A stretch of 64,000 nucleotides of DNA from Armatimonadota bacterium. Lineage in GTDB: Bacteria; Sysuimicrobiota; Sysuimicrobiia; Sysuimicrobiales; Sysuimicrobiaceae. The DNA is taken from positions 65,588 through 129,587 of the forward strand of contig JANXCW010000001.1 of the NCBI GenBank assembly GCA_025059775.1, read 5' to 3'. The translations under genes were made by a program, and so were the position numbers. Shown here in pieces: positions 44,436 to 53,362 of the stretch (position 1 is the first letter of the stretch; each line of letters opens with the position of its first letter). The notes below the pieces were generated by a model that was not told where the DNA came from, ran no database searches, and saw nothing but the letters and a program-made list of their open reading frames with translations.

Positions 44436-45779
44436 ATGGCGTTCGTCACCGAGCGGAACATGGCACTACTGGTGGACCTCTATGAGCTCACCATGGCGCA
44501 GAGCTACTTCCGGGAGGGCCGCAACGAGCTGGCCACCTTCGACCTCTTCGTGCGCAACCTCCCGCCCCGCCGCGGGTTCCTGGTGAGCGCGGGACTGGAT
44601 ACCGTGCTGGACTATCTGGAGCGGCTGCGCTTCCCGGAGGAGGGAATCGCCTACCTGCGCGGGCTTGGGCTCTTCGACGAGGACTTCCTCCGGTACCTCC
44701 GGGAGTTCCATTTCACGGGGGACGTGCGGGCCATCCCCGAAGGCGAGGTCTTCTTTCCGCCGGAGCCCGTACTGCAGATCACCGCGCCCCGCATCGAGGG
44801 GCAGATCGTGGAGACCTTCCTCCTCAACCAGATCAACCTGCAGTCCCTGATCGCCACCAAGGCCGCCCGGGTGGTGCTGGCAGCCCGGGGCCGTCCCGTC
44901 ATCGATTTCTCGCCCCGCCGGGACCACGGCACGGACGCGGCCCTGAAAGTGGCCCGCAGCAGCTACCTCGCGGGGTGCGCGGGCACCAGCAATGTACTGG
45001 CGGGGATGCTCTATGGCATCCCCGTCTACGGGACCATGGCCCACAGCTACGTTATGTCCTTCGAGGATGAACTGGAAGCTTTCCGCGCCTACGCCCGCCA
45101 GTTCCCGGACCGATGCATCCTGCTCATCGATACCTACGACACCCTTCAGGGTGCTCGCAACGCGGTGGTGGTGGCCCGGGAGCTGCGGGAGCGGGGGTAT
45201 CAGCTGCGTGGGGTGCGGATCGACAGCGGGGACCTCGTGACCCTCAGCCGGCAGGTGCGGACCATCCTGGACGGAGCTGGATTCCCGGAGGTGCAGATCC
45301 TCGCGAGCGGCGACCTCAACGAGGAGAAAATCTCGGCCCTGTTGGAGGCGGGAGCTCCCATCGACGCTTTCGGGGTAGGAACGGAGATGGGGGTTTCCTA
45401 CGACGCGCCAGCCCTGGGCGGAGTCTACAAGCTGGTGGAGGACACCGCGGGATACCGCATCAAGCGCAGTACGGGAAAGGTGACGCTCCCGGGCCGCAAG
45501 CAGGTGTGGCGGGTATACCGGAAGGGGCAGATGCAGGAGGACATCATCGCCCTCGCGGACGAGCCCCCCCCCGCAGGTGGAGAGCCCCTCCTGGTGGAGG
45601 TCATGCGCCAGGGGCGACGGGTCCACCATGAGACCCTAGAGGATGCCCGGCGCCGCTGTCGCGAGCGTTTCCAAGCACTCCCGGATCACCTCCGCCGGTT
45701 GGACGGCGGAAGCTACCCCGTCCGCCTCAGCCCGCAGCTGGAGGCCGTACTCCAGGCGATGGCGGGAGCCGCCTTCTAG
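44436..45779 (+). CDS. pncB: Nicotinate phosphoribosyltransferase
   Basis: LLVDLYELTM, DFSPRRDHG, GTMAHSYV, LIDTYDT, GVRIDSGD and GGVYKLVE motifs. Confidence 0.95.
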   Translation: MAFVTERNMALLVDLYELTMAQSYFREGRNELATFDLFVRNLPPRRGFLVSAGLDTVLDYLERLRFPEEGIAYLRGLGLFDEDFLRYLREFHFTGDVRAIPEGEVFFPPEPVLQITAPRIEGQIVETFLLNQINLQSLIATKAARVVLAARGRPVIDFSPRRDHGTDAALKVARSSYLAGCAGTSNVLAGMLYGIPVYGTMAHSYVMSFEDELEAFRAYARQFPDRCILLIDTYDTLQGARNAVVVARELRERGYQLRGVRIDSGDLVTLSRQVRTILDGAGFPEVQILASGDLNEEKISALLEAGAPIDAFGVGTEMGVSYDAPALGGVYKLVEDTAGYRIKRSTGKVTLPGRKQVWRVYRKGQMQEDIIALADEPPPAGGEPLLVEVMRQGRRVHHETLEDARRRCRERFQALPDHLRRLDGGSYPVRLSPQLEAVLQAMAGAAF

Positions 45780-46301
45780 TTACTCCGGCCCGAACACGAA
45801 CCGGACCCGGTCCCCATCCCGGGGATAGTAGTCCTGCCAGCTCTCCAGCCGCCTGCCGTTCACGAGCACGGACCACCGCCCCGGTCTTCCATCCGGGCAC
45901 CGATCGCCGTCCCGGTAGGTCCGGCCGTCCGGAAGGGTGAGGGCGTTCTGCCTTGGGAGAACTCCCACGGAGAGGAGGAAGGTCCGCAGGGTAGCCTGCC
46001 TGCCCTCCTCGTTGGTCTCCGGGTGTACATGGATCACCCCGTCCCCATGGGTGTGGGTGTTGCCGGGACTGGGAGGAAAGGGGGGAAGCCGTCTCCCGCA
46101 GATCTCCACCGTGTAGGGCGCGTGCCAGTGCACTCCGGCCCGAGGGTAGTCAGGACGGGACCGGAGCCCGTAGGCCACCACCGCTACCCCCAGCACCACC
46201 ACTCCCCCGAACACCCAGGGCCAAAGCCGATCAAAGGCCCTCCGCGGTGCGGGGCGCGGGGCCGCTTTCCGAGCCGTCTGCTTTCCGCCGCGCGCCGGCA
46301 T
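45780..46301 (-). CDS. Hypothetical membrane-anchored protein with clustered His/Cys residues
   Basis: Basic N-terminus, one TM helix, then HWH...CG...HTHGDGVIHVHP...CPDG. Confidence 0.7.
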   Translation of the reverse strand: MPARGGKQTARKAAPRPAPRRAFDRLWPWVFGGVVVLGVAVVAYGLRSRPDYPRAGVHWHAPYTVEICGRRLPPFPPSPGNTHTHGDGVIHVHPETNEEGRQATLRTFLLSVGVLPRQNALTLPDGRTYRDGDRCPDGRPGRWSVLVNGRRLESWQDYYPRDGDRVRFVFGPE

Positions 46302-46307
46302 ACGACC

Positions 46308-46619
46308 CTACACCGGGAAGCCCATGCTCTGCAGCACGAGCCGCCCCTCCTCCGTGAGGCGCTCGGGTGTCCACGGTGGCGAGAAGACGATCTCCACCTC
46401 CACCTCCTCCACCCCCGGGAGCTCCAGCAACTTCGTGCGGATCTCCTCCGCCAGGATGGGACCGATGGGGCAGCCCATGGCTGTGAGGGTCATCCGGATG
46501 AAGATCCGGCCGTTGTCCTGCTGGATGTCGTAGATGAGCCCCAGGTCCCAGACGTTCACCGGGATCTCCGGGTCGTAGCAGGTCTTCAGGACCTCGATGA
46601 TCTCCTCCCGCGTGGGCAT
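46308..46619 (-). CDS. DUF59/MIP18 (SufT/PaaD-like) Fe-S cluster assembly factor
   Basis: CYDPEIPVNVWDLGLIY, MTLTAMGCP and PPWTPERL motifs. Confidence 0.92.
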   Translation of the reverse strand: MPTREEIIEVLKTCYDPEIPVNVWDLGLIYDIQQDNGRIFIRMTLTAMGCPIGPILAEEIRTKLLELPGVEEVEVEIVFSPPWTPERLTEEGRLVLQSMGFPV

Positions 46620-46716
46620 CACACACTCCCATCCAGGGATTCCGGGCACCAGCTCCCCTCGCCCATCATACACGAACCCGCCAGGCCCTGTGCGGAGATG
46701 TTAGGATGAAGGCGGG

Positions 46717-47025
46717 ATGGAGGAGGTTATGTCGCAGACCCTTTCCCTCCCGCACCACGTGGAGTTCACCTGTCCGGTCTGTCGGGGTCCCGTGCGGTTC
46801 GTGATCGGGATCCGGGAAGGGGTGCCCTCTGACAGGCCGGGTGGACTCGACTACTTCCCCACCTGCCCCCACTGCGGGACGGAAGTGCGGATCACCGTCT
46901 ACCCGCTCCCCCACCTGTCCCTCCGACTCCCCCGCATGGCCGCCCTCGCGGGCCTCACCCTCCTCGCCCTGAGCTGGATGTGGGGCCGCAGGCGTCCTCC
47001 CCAGGGGCAGGAGAAGGCGCGGTGA
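46717..47025 (+). CDS. Small zinc-finger protein with a C-terminal TM helix
   Basis: CPVC...CPHC plus a hydrophobic tail; GGAGG RBS; GTGA overlap with UPF0182. Confidence 0.6.
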   Translation: MEEVMSQTLSLPHHVEFTCPVCRGPVRFVIGIREGVPSDRPGGLDYFPTCPHCGTEVRITVYPLPHLSLRLPRMAALAGLTLLALSWMWGRRRPPQGQEKAR

Positions 47026-49724
47026 GGATTCCCCTGCGGCTGCTGCTCGCGCTTCTGCTCGTGCTCTCGCTGGTGCTCTGGCCAGCCGTGGCCTACTGGT
47101 ACACGGAGTGGCTGTGGTTCGTGGAGCTCGGGTATCCCCGGGTGTTCTGGATTCCCTTCCTGTCCAGACTCCTGGTAGGAGGGTCTGTCTTCGCCTTCGT
47201 ATTCGTACTCCTCTACCTCAACGCGCGGCCCTTTCTGCGGCGGTGGGCTCGCCCGGAGGTCATCGAGTTGTACCGGGACGGTGGGCGTTTCCGCCCCCGG
47301 GTACCATCCCCGTGGCCCCGCCGCACCGTCCTCGCCATCTGCTCGGGGATCGCGTTCCTCGCGGCCCTGGCGAGCACGGGGCAATGGGTGAGCTTCCAGC
47401 AGTTCCTGCACGCCCAGCCCGCGGGCACCCAAGACCCCATCTTCGGACTCGACCTCTCCACCTACCTGCTGCGGCTGCCCTTCTGGCGGTTCCTGGTAGA
47501 CCTGGCGTGGGGGTGGCTGCTGTTCGCCTTCGTGGGGGTGACCGTCGGGTACCTGCTGGACACCGCGGCCTTCGCGGTCCGGGGCGTGTGGGCCCTCTCG
47601 CCCGGGGCCCGGACCCACCTCTCCGTGCTCCTGGCGTTGCTGTTCCTGGTGCGGGCCGCGGGCTTCCGGCTCGACGCCCTGGAGCTGATGACCTCCCAGC
47701 GAGGGCTGTTCTTCGGGATGACGTATGCGGACCTGCACGCCCGCCTGCCCGCCCTGAACCTCCTCTTTTTCCTCTCCCTGGTGGCCGCGGGCCTCCTGTT
47801 TGCGAACGTGTGGTTGCGCACGGTGCGGTTCGCCGCGGGCGTGGTGGCGGTCCAGCTCCTGGCGTGGTTTGTAGGCGTGGGGCTGCTGCCCGGCCTCGTG
47901 CAGCAGTTGGTGGTGGCCCCCAGCGAGCTCACCCGGGAGACCCCCTATCTCGCCCACCACATCCGGGCCACCCGGGCCGCCTTCGGGCTGGAGGGGGTGC
48001 GTGCGCAGGTTTTTCCCGCGGCGGAGCGGCTCCCCCCGGAAGCCCTCGAACGAAACCGGGATACCCTGGAGAACGTGCGGCTTTGGGACTACCGGCCGCT
48101 GCTGGAAACCTACCGGCAGCTGCAGGCCCTGCGGGCCTACTACACCTTCCACGACGTGGACATCGACCGCTACCGCATCGGGGGCCGGTCGCGCCAGCTC
48201 ATGCTGGCGGCCCGGGAACTGGATCTCTCCCGGCTCCCGCCGCAGGCCCGCACCTGGGTGAACGAGCACCTGGTCTATACCCACGGATATGGGGTGGTGG
48301 CAAGCCCCGTGAACCAGGCCTCCGCGGAGGGACTGCCGGAGCTGTGGATCCGGGATCTGCCGCCGCAGGCACGGTTTGCGGAGCTTCGGATCACCCGGCC
48401 CGAGATCTACTTCGGGGAACGCACCCACCACTACGTGATCGTGCGCACCCGGGTGCCGGAGTTCGACTACCCCCGGGGGGAGGAGAACGTCACCACCCGG
48501 TACGAGGGCCGGGGGGGGATTCCCCTCTCCCACCCCCTCCGGCGGTTAGCTTTCGCCACCCGGTTCGGGAATCTGCGGATCCTTCTCTCCACGGAAATCA
48601 CCCGGGAGAGCCGGGTGCTCTTCGCCCGCACGGTGGGGGAACGGGCGCGGCGGCTCGCGCCGTTCCTGCGGTACGACGCAGATCCCTACATCGTGATCGC
48701 CCAGGGCCGTCTGTATTGGATCCTGGACGCTTACACCACCAGCAACCGGTACCCGTACGCGCAGCCCGTGGGGGACATCAACTACATCCGCAACGCGGTG
48801 AAGGTGGTGGTGGACGCCTACCACGGTACCACGGACTTCTACGTGGTGGACCCCTCGGATCCCCTCATCCGTACCTGGGCCCGCATCTTTCCGGGACTGT
48901 TCCAGCCCGCAGACCACATCCCTCCCGAGTTGCGGGAGCACCTCCGGTACCCCGTGGACCTCTTCGAGCTGCAGGCCCAGGTGTACGCCACCTACCACAT
49001 GCGGGATCCCCGGGTGTTCTATAACCGGGAGGACGTGTGGTCCTGGCCCACGGAGATCTTCGCGGGACAGCAGCAGCGCATGGAGCCGTACTACGTGACC
49101 CTGCGGTTGCCCGGGGAGCCGGGGCCCGAGTTTGTCCTCATTCTTCCCATGACCGCCCAGCGCCGGGAGAACATGACGGCCTGGCTTGCGGCCCGCAACG
49201 ATCCTCCCCACCTGGGAGAGCTGCGGGTGTTCCTCTTCCCCAAGGAGCGGGTGGTGTTCGGGCCCATGCAGGTGGAATCCCGGATCGACCAGGATCCCCA
49301 GATCAGCGCCCAGCTCACCCTGTGGAACCAGCAGGGTTCCCGAGTGATCCGGGGGAACCTGCTGGTGGTCCCCCTGGAGGATTCCCTCCTGTACGTGGAA
49401 CCCATCTTCCTGCGGGCGGAGACGAGCCAACTCCCCGAGCTCAAGCGGGTGATCGTGGCCCACGGGCCCCGCATCGCCATGGAGGATACCCTGGAGGCAG
49501 CCCTCGCCCGGGTCTTCGGACCCCTTCCCGCCGTGGAGAGGGCCGCTCCGGCGGGGTCCACGGGAGATCTGGACGCCCGCTCCGCGGAGCTGGTTGCCCG
49601 AGCCCTGGCACACTACGAGCGGGCCCAGCGCCTGCTGCGCGCTGGGGATCTCGGAGGATACCAACGGGAGATGGAGGCCGTAGGCCGCCTCCTGCGGGAG
49701 CTCAGTCGCCGGCTGCAGCGTTAG
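47022..49724 (+). CDS. UPF0182-family membrane protein
   Basis: YTEWLWF, DPIFGLD, NVRLWD, YTHGYG, YIRNAVK, LRYPVDLF and GNLLV.P motifs. Confidence 0.93.
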   Translation: MRIPLRLLLALLLVLSLVLWPAVAYWYTEWLWFVELGYPRVFWIPFLSRLLVGGSVFAFVFVLLYLNARPFLRRWARPEVIELYRDGGRFRPRVPSPWPRRTVLAICSGIAFLAALASTGQWVSFQQFLHAQPAGTQDPIFGLDLSTYLLRLPFWRFLVDLAWGWLLFAFVGVTVGYLLDTAAFAVRGVWALSPGARTHLSVLLALLFLVRAAGFRLDALELMTSQRGLFFGMTYADLHARLPALNLLFFLSLVAAGLLFANVWLRTVRFAAGVVAVQLLAWFVGVGLLPGLVQQLVVAPSELTRETPYLAHHIRATRAAFGLEGVRAQVFPAAERLPPEALERNRDTLENVRLWDYRPLLETYRQLQALRAYYTFHDVDIDRYRIGGRSRQLMLAARELDLSRLPPQARTWVNEHLVYTHGYGVVASPVNQASAEGLPELWIRDLPPQARFAELRITRPEIYFGERTHHYVIVRTRVPEFDYPRGEENVTTRYEGRGGIPLSHPLRRLAFATRFGNLRILLSTEITRESRVLFARTVGERARRLAPFLRYDADPYIVIAQGRLYWILDAYTTSNRYPYAQPVGDINYIRNAVKVVVDAYHGTTDFYVVDPSDPLIRTWARIFPGLFQPADHIPPELREHLRYPVDLFELQAQVYATYHMRDPRVFYNREDVWSWPTEIFAGQQQRMEPYYVTLRLPGEPGPEFVLILPMTAQRRENMTAWLAARNDPPHLGELRVFLFPKERVVFGPMQVESRIDQDPQISAQLTLWNQQGSRVIRGNLLVVPLEDSLLYVEPIFLRAETSQLPELKRVIVAHGPRIAMEDTLEAALARVFGPLPAVERAAPAGSTGDLDARSAELVARALAHYERAQRLLRAGDLGGYQREMEAVGRLLRELSRRLQR

Positions 49725-51007
49725 GAAGCCTTCGGGCGTACCAACAGCTTGTCGATGCGCCGACCGTCCAGGTCCACCACCTCGATCTCGTACCTCCCGA
49801 ACCCTACCTTCTCCCCCACGGAGGGGATGCGGCCCGTGAGGTGGAGCACGAGACCCGCCGCGGTGGTGGCCTCTCCGGTGTCCACGGTTTCCTCCTCCAA
49901 GCCCAGACGGGAGAGGAGCTGGTAAAGGGGGGTGAGACCGTCCACCAGCAGGGATCCATCTTCTCGCACCACGATCTCCGGCTCCTCCGCGCCATACTCC
50001 GAGGGGATCTCCCCCACGATCTCCTCCAGGATGTCCTCCAGGGTGACCCAGCCTGCGGTTCCCCCATACTCATCCAGCACCACCGCCGCATGAGTCCGGT
50101 GCTCCTGGAGCACCCGGAGGGCCTCCAGGACCCGCACGGTCTCCGGGAGGCTCGGAACGCTCCGGACCAGGTTCCGCCAGTCCTCCCCCTCGGGGCATCC
50201 CACCAAGTCCCGGGCGTACAGCACCCCTACGATGTGGTCGAGATCCCCCTCGTAGACGGGGAAGCGGGAGTAGGTGGAGCCGCGGACGGTGCGGAGCACC
50301 TCCGGCCAGGTGGCGTGCACGGGGAGGCCCACCAGCTCCGTGCGCGGGGTCATGATCTCCTCCAGGCGCCGGTTCGCTACGCGTGCCACGTCCGCCAGCA
50401 CCTTGGCCGTGGTCTCCCGCAGCAACCCCGTCCGTGCGCTCTCCTCCACCAGCACGCCGAAGTCCTCCAGGGTCATGCGCTGGGCCGGGAGCCGCCCCAG
50501 TCCCACCAACCACAGCACCGCGTTCGTGGCCGCAGTCAACAGCCCCACCGCGGGTGCCACGAGGCGCGTGAAGCTCCGCATGGCGGGCGCGAGGGCTACG
50601 GCCACCTCCTCCGCCCGCTCCAGGCTCACCCGCTTGGGCACAAGCTCCCCCACCACGAGGAAGAGGAACGTCAGGAACACCACCACGAGGCCCAGGGCCA
50701 CGGGCTCCGCGTAGGGGGCGAGAGGAGGCCAGCCCTGGAGGAGCACGGCGAGGGGCTGTGCGATGCGGACCCCCGAATACGCGGAGGCTAAGGTCCCCAC
50801 CAGGGTGATCCCGACCTGGACCGCGGCCAGGAACCGATCCCGGTGACGTACCAGATATAGAGCTGCTTCCGCCCCCCGCTCCCCCGTCCTCTGCAGGCGC
50901 TCCAGCCGGACTGTCCGGGCCGTGAGCACCGCGGTCTCCAACGCGGCGAAGGCCGCGTTGGCCAGAAGCAGCAGGAGGATGACGAGGGTTTCCTCCAGCC
51001 ACGCCAT
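49721..51007 (-). CDS. Hemolysin/CNNM-CBS-CorC_HlyC family protein
   Basis: FAALETA, VQVGITL, GELVPK, IMTPR, SRFPVY and DEYGGTAG.VT.EDILEEIVG motifs. Confidence 0.92.
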   Translation of the reverse strand: MAWLEETLVILLLLLANAAFAALETAVLTARTVRLERLQRTGERGAEAALYLVRHRDRFLAAVQVGITLVGTLASAYSGVRIAQPLAVLLQGWPPLAPYAEPVALGLVVVFLTFLFLVVGELVPKRVSLERAEEVAVALAPAMRSFTRLVAPAVGLLTAATNAVLWLVGLGRLPAQRMTLEDFGVLVEESARTGLLRETTAKVLADVARVANRRLEEIMTPRTELVGLPVHATWPEVLRTVRGSTYSRFPVYEGDLDHIVGVLYARDLVGCPEGEDWRNLVRSVPSLPETVRVLEALRVLQEHRTHAAVVLDEYGGTAGWVTLEDILEEIVGEIPSEYGAEEPEIVVREDGSLLVDGLTPLYQLLSRLGLEEETVDTGEATTAAGLVLHLTGRIPSVGEKVGFGRYEIEVVDLDGRRIDKLLVRPKAS

Positions 51008-51083
51008 CCGGGGTGGATTTTCTCCCCCTCCTAGGTCCCTCCCTGCCGCGGTCGCCCGAGGAGTCCGGGCAAGCCGGCTGCGG

Positions 51084-51647
51084 TCATCGGGGCGGACGGC
51101 GCTGGGAGATCAGGGCGTCGGAGTCGAGGATGGCCTGGGCCACCTCCCGCATGGTCCTGCGCTGGTTGCGGGCTCGCCGCTGGATCAGACGGTACGCCTC
51201 CTCCTCGTCCAGGCCCAGCCGTTTCATCAGGATGCCCTTCGCCCGCTCGACCAGCTTCCGTGTCTCCAGGGCCTCCCGGGCTTTCCGCACCTCCTGGAAC
51301 CGCTGGTAGCTCAGGGTCACCGTCGCCAGCAGCTCCGACTCCACCAACGGTTTGGTGATGTACGCGTAGGCACCCACCTCCTCGGCCGCCAACAGGAGCT
51401 CCCGGTCGCCGTAGGCGGTGAGGAAGACCACGGGCAGCCTTCCCGCCACCCGTCGGGCTACCTCGATCCCGTCCGTGGGCTCCATGCGGATGTCCAGCAC
51501 GAGGAGATCGGGCTGCAGTCGATCCACCAGTTCCAGGGCCTCCCGTCCCGAGGCCGCCTCCCCTACCACCTCGTGCCCGGCCTCCTCCAGGATCCGGCGC
51601 ACACCCATCCGGATGAGGGGTTCGTCGTCCGCGATGAGGATCCGCAT
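51084..51647 (-). CDS. ANTAR-domain response regulator (PdtaR/EutV/NitR-like)
   Basis: REC domain ADDE...LDIRM...LTAY...TKP, followed by ANTAR RKLVERAKGILM...LDEEEAY..IQR.ARNQRR.M.EVA. Confidence 0.93.
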   Translation of the reverse strand: MRILIADDEPLIRMGVRRILEEAGHEVVGEAASGREALELVDRLQPDLLVLDIRMEPTDGIEVARRVAGRLPVVFLTAYGDRELLLAAEEVGAYAYITKPLVESELLATVTLSYQRFQEVRKAREALETRKLVERAKGILMKRLGLDEEEAYRLIQRRARNQRRTMREVAQAILDSDALISQRRPPR

Positions 51648-51659
51648 ACCCACCTCCTG

Positions 51660-51694
51660 AAAGGAAAACGCCCCCGGCTGAAAACCGGGGGCGT
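51660..51694 (-). terminator. Intrinsic terminator between glnA and the ANTAR gene
   Basis: mRNA ACGCCCCCGG-UUUUCAG-CCGGGGGCGU followed by UUUCCUUU. Confidence 0.8.
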
Positions 51695-51702
51695 CCTGGC
51701 CC
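51689..51702 (-). promoter_or_regulatory. Candidate antiterminator hairpin GGGC-CAGGAC-GCCC overlapping the terminator 5' arm
   Basis: Identical 14-mer to 54795..54808. Confidence 0.7.
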
Positions 51703-51721
51703 GTGTGCGCGGACGCCGCGG

Positions 51722-53161
51722 TCACACGTCGAAGTACAGGTAGAACTCGTAGGGATGCGGCCGGATGTTCACCTCGTGCAGCTCCTTCTCCCGCTTGTAG
51801 CCGATCCAGGTCTCAATCAGGTCCCGAGTGAACACGTCTCCCTCCAGGAGGAACTCGTGATCCCGCTTCAGGGCGTCGAGGACCTCCCCGAGCGAGCCCG
51901 GCACACTCTTCACCCGGGCCGCCTCCTCCGGCGGGAGTTCATAGGTGTTCACGTCCAGGGGGCCGAAGGGGGAGGCATCCAGCTTACGCCGGATTCCGTC
52001 CAGTCCTGCCATGAGCATAGCCGCAAACGCCAGGTACGGGTTGCAGCTGGGATCCGGGGGCCGGAACTCGATGCGCTTGCTGGGTGCCGCTTCCGGCCCC
52101 GTGTAGTACATGGGGATGCGGATGCAGGCGCTGCGGTTCCGCTTGCTGAAGGCCACGTTCACCGGAGCCTCGTAGTGGGGCACCAGGCGCTTGTAGGAGT
52201 TCGTGGTGGGACTGGTGAAGGCCAGCACCGCGTCCACGTGGGTCAGCAGGCCCGCGATGTAGTGAAGGGCCAGGTCGCTGAGCTCCGCGTACCGCCCTTC
52301 CGCGTAGAAGAGGTTGCGGCCGTCCTTCCACAGGCTCTGGTGGGTGTGCATGCCGCTCCCATTATCCCCGAACAGGGGCTTGGGCATGAAGGTGACGGTG
52401 CAGCCGTGCCGACGGGCCACGTTGCGCATCACGTACTTGTAGATCATCACCTTGTCCGCCATCCGGATCAGGCTGTCCCGCTCCATGTCGATCTCCGCCT
52501 GGCCTGCGGTGGCCACCTCGTGGTGGTGCATCTCCACGGGAATGCCGATCTGCTCCAGGATCATGGCCGCCTCGCTGCGGATGTCCTGGAAGGTGTCGCT
52601 GGGGGGAGTGGGGAAGTAGCCCTCCTTGGGCCGGATCTTGTACCCCAGGTTCTTCCCCTCGTCGTTCCCCGTGTTCCAGATCCCCTCCCGGCTGTCGATG
52701 CAGTAGCCCATGCGGTGCGGGAGCACCTCGTAGGTCACGTGGTCGAAGATGAAGAACTCGATCTCCGGTCCCCAGTAGCTTACCTCCGCGATCCCCGTTT
52801 CCCTGAGGTACGCCTCCGCCTTCCTGGCCACGTACCGGGGATCCCGGCTGTAGGGGGCCCGGGTTTCGGGATCCACCACGTCGCAGATCATCACCAGGGT
52901 CGGGATCTGCAGGAAGGGGTCCACGAAGGCCGTGGAGGGGTCCGGCAGGAGCAGCATGTCGCTCTCCTGAATGGCCTGGAAGCCCCGGATGCTGCTACCG
53001 TCAAATCCCACTCCCTTCTTGAAGGTAGATTCGTCCAGGGCCGAGGCGGGAATGGTGGCGTGCTGCCACACCCCGGGCACGTCCGTGAAGCGGAGGTCCA
53101 CCATCTGGATGTTCTTCTCCTTCACCAATCTCAACACGTCCTGTACCGTCTTTCCCATCAT
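51722..53161 (-). CDS. glnA: Glutamine synthetase type I
   Basis: VDLRFTD, FDGSSIRGF, HHEVA, PKPLFGDNGSGMH, NSYKRLVP, NRSACIRIP and RIEFR.PDP motifs. The adenylylation Tyr is kept (NTYEL). Confidence 0.97.
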   Translation of the reverse strand: MMGKTVQDVLRLVKEKNIQMVDLRFTDVPGVWQHATIPASALDESTFKKGVGFDGSSIRGFQAIQESDMLLLPDPSTAFVDPFLQIPTLVMICDVVDPETRAPYSRDPRYVARKAEAYLRETGIAEVSYWGPEIEFFIFDHVTYEVLPHRMGYCIDSREGIWNTGNDEGKNLGYKIRPKEGYFPTPPSDTFQDIRSEAAMILEQIGIPVEMHHHEVATAGQAEIDMERDSLIRMADKVMIYKYVMRNVARRHGCTVTFMPKPLFGDNGSGMHTHQSLWKDGRNLFYAEGRYAELSDLALHYIAGLLTHVDAVLAFTSPTTNSYKRLVPHYEAPVNVAFSKRNRSACIRIPMYYTGPEAAPSKRIEFRPPDPSCNPYLAFAAMLMAGLDGIRRKLDASPFGPLDVNTYELPPEEAARVKSVPGSLGEVLDALKRDHEFLLEGDVFTRDLIETWIGYKREKELHEVNIRPHPYEFYLYFDV

Positions 53162-53203
53162 GTCGCTTCCCTCCCTCTGTTCATGTCGCTTCCCTCCCTC
53201 TGT
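53158..53203. repeat. Perfect 23-bp tandem duplication of the glnA RBS and start codon
   Basis: TCATGTCGCTTCCCTCCCTCTGT occurs at 53158-53180 and 53181-53203. Confidence 0.95.
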
Positions 53204-53223
53204 GGTCTGCAGGAGTTCGGACG

Positions 53224-53334
53224 CTATCCACCATCCTCCTCCGTGGGGCGGCGGCCCCGGAGGATGCGGCTGGGGAGAACCACCCAGGCGCAGAACAGGG
53301 CAATGAAGGTTCCCAGAGCGAGCCATGCCTCCAT
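53224..53334 (-). CDS. Small single-TM protein (36 aa), not in the ORF track
   Basis: MEAWLALGTFIALFCAWVVLPSRILRGRRPTEEDGG*. GGGAGGG RBS upstream of the ATG; co-directional between amtB and glnA. Confidence 0.7.
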   Translation of the reverse strand: MEAWLALGTFIALFCAWVVLPSRILRGRRPTEEDGG

Positions 53335-53362
53335 GGTGGTGTTCCCTCCCGATCCGTGGATT

